This document shows positions 62,694 through 64,000 of a DNA stretch of 64,000 bases, piece by piece. Position 1 is the stretch's first letter; every line of letters begins with the position of its first letter. This stretch comes from Myxococcota bacterium (GTDB taxonomy: Bacteria > Myxococcota_A > SURF-8): positions 1,472,001 to 1,536,000 of the forward strand of contig CAXXQS010000001.1 of assembly GCA_963674735.2 (NCBI GenBank). Direction: 5' to 3'. The notes under the pieces were generated by a model. That model ran no database searches, was not told the DNA's origin, and saw only the letters and a list, made by a program, of their open reading frames with translations. The translations under genes were made by a program, and so were the position numbers.

Positions 62694-63698
62694 CTACCAA
62701 CGGAACAGTGCGGTGATCCAACTCAACCCCGCCCCATAGGCCGTGAAACAAACCAGATATCCGGGTTTCAGGCGTCCCGCTTTGGCCGCTTCGTCCAGCG
62801 CGATCGGAACCGAGGCTGCGGCGGTATTGCCGAATTTATCGACGGTCAAGACTACTTTTGAAAGCGGAATGTCGATGGCTTTCGCACCCGACTCGATGAT
62901 CCGCAGGTTGGCCTGATGTGGAACCAGCAAATCGAGATTTTCCGGCACCAACTGCTGGTCTGCTAGTACACGCTCGACACCCACGGCAAAAACCTGGCTG
63001 GCAAAACCCGCCACCGCTTTCCCGTTCATGTATAGTTTGCACTTTTCTTCCTGCACGCCGGGTTCACAAGGCTCGGCCGAGCCGCCCACCGGAATGTACA
63101 ATTCGTGATAGCTTTCCCCCTGGCTTCCCGCCACGGCCGACAAAAAGCCCCGGTTCGGCTCGTCGGTCGCCGACAGCACCACCGCGCCCGCCCCATCGCC
63201 GAACAGAACGGCGGTCGCCTTGTTGCGTCTGTTGACAAAGGTGCTGCATTTGTCGGCTCCGATGACGAGAACATGCTCGTATCGTCCACCTTTGACGTAG
63301 TACGCAGCGGCCTCCAAGGCTTCGAGAAAACCGGTGCTGTCTTTCCCCATATCGTAAGCCGGAACGCCGTGCAGTCCCATTTTGGAAGCCACCAGCGGGG
63401 CGCACTTGGGCAGGCTGTGGTCGGGAGTGGTGGTAGCCAGTATCACCAGATCGATGTCGTCCGGATGCAGCCGAGCACTTTGAATGGCATGCTTACCGGC
63501 CTCGGCCGCCATGTCGGAGGTTTTTTCCGTTTCAGCCAGCCGACGCTCCTCGATACCGGTTTTTTGCACGATCTCGTCCGATAGAACGTGATATTCTTCG
63601 CCGTTGCGGTTGGCGAAAGCCCACTCTTCGATATCGTGATTGGTCAAACGACGGGCGGGCAGATAGCGACCGGTTCCCGTTATGATGGCGTTCGGCAT
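62694..63698 (-). CDS. KAS III/FabH-family protein with Ser at the catalytic Cys position
   Basis: TGIEERR, ATTTPD, AYDMGKDSTGF, FGDGAGA, PHQAN, GNTAAAS. Confidence 0.88.
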   Translation of the reverse strand: MPNAIITGTGRYLPARRLTNHDIEEWAFANRNGEEYHVLSDEIVQKTGIEERRLAETEKTSDMAAEAGKHAIQSARLHPDDIDLVILATTTPDHSLPKCAPLVASKMGLHGVPAYDMGKDSTGFLEALEAAAYYVKGGRYEHVLVIGADKCSTFVNRRNKATAVLFGDGAGAVVLSATDEPNRGFLSAVAGSQGESYHELYIPVGGSAEPCEPGVQEEKCKLYMNGKAVAGFASQVFAVGVERVLADQQLVPENLDLLVPHQANLRIIESGAKAIDIPLSKVVLTVDKFGNTAAASVPIALDEAAKAGRLKPGYLVCFTAYGAGLSWITALFRW

Positions 63699-63967
63699 CG
63701 ATGCGTCTCCTCGTGGAATAGACGTTTCAACCACCCTTGCGGAGGTTTTCACGTACTCGGGGCCAAAGATCCGGATGCCCATGAATACCACCGGCTGTCC
63801 GCTCTGTCAACAACCCCCTCCTTATCGTGGCCACTTCCTTTTTCACGTTCTTTTCAATGATTCTTGTGGGGTTGAGCTTGCGTTTCCGCGACACTGGCTC
63901 TAAAATGGGTGCGCATTATTTCAGCGATCGTTATCTTCTGTGATCGATATTGAAACGGAGGGAACCC

Positions 63968-64000
63968 ATGGACGAACGAACCCGTAAACTGGCCCACAAT
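63968..64000 (+). CDS. Start of a CDS running off the window, possibly an M29 aminopeptidase
   Basis: GGAGGG RBS then MDERTRKLAHN; only 11 codons visible. Confidence 0.35.
   Translation, partial: MDERTRKLAHN

Overview
A 64 kb GC-rich bacterial chromosomal segment. Its gene repertoire (Ser/Thr kinase, FHA, GAF and TPR proteins, Cys-rich and DGD-repeat lipoproteins) suggests a Deltaproteobacteria/Myxococcota-like organism; this placement is an inference. It contains typA, an RND efflux operon, a GT-C/MBOAT/aryl-sulfotransferase block, hflKC-terC, thyX, a stand-alone trpB2, a 12-gene MerR-headed acyl-CoA catabolic cluster, a surface operon for probable nucleic-acid/nucleotide capture, a ClpX-like ATPase, rnpB, methylmalonyl-CoA mutase plus epimerase, and an atypical FabH. 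I saw no CRISPR array, prophage, transposase, rRNA or tRNA. Main leads: (1) a Cys-less Ltp4/Ltp3-like thiolase pair with two DUF35 proteins next to an isobutyryl-CoA-type B12 mutase, a candidate undescribed branched-acyl-CoA retro-aldol route; (2) a 28-aa Trp-Trp-Trp leader peptide with a full attenuator upstream of the orphan trpB2, absent from the ORF track; (3) an operon for a nuclease-less OB-fold/lamin-tail giant lipoprotein, a 5'-nucleotidase with a 4xCxxC insert and a beta-barrel; (4) a KAS III with Ser in place of the catalytic Cys. Family assignments come from reading motifs by eye, not from database searches.
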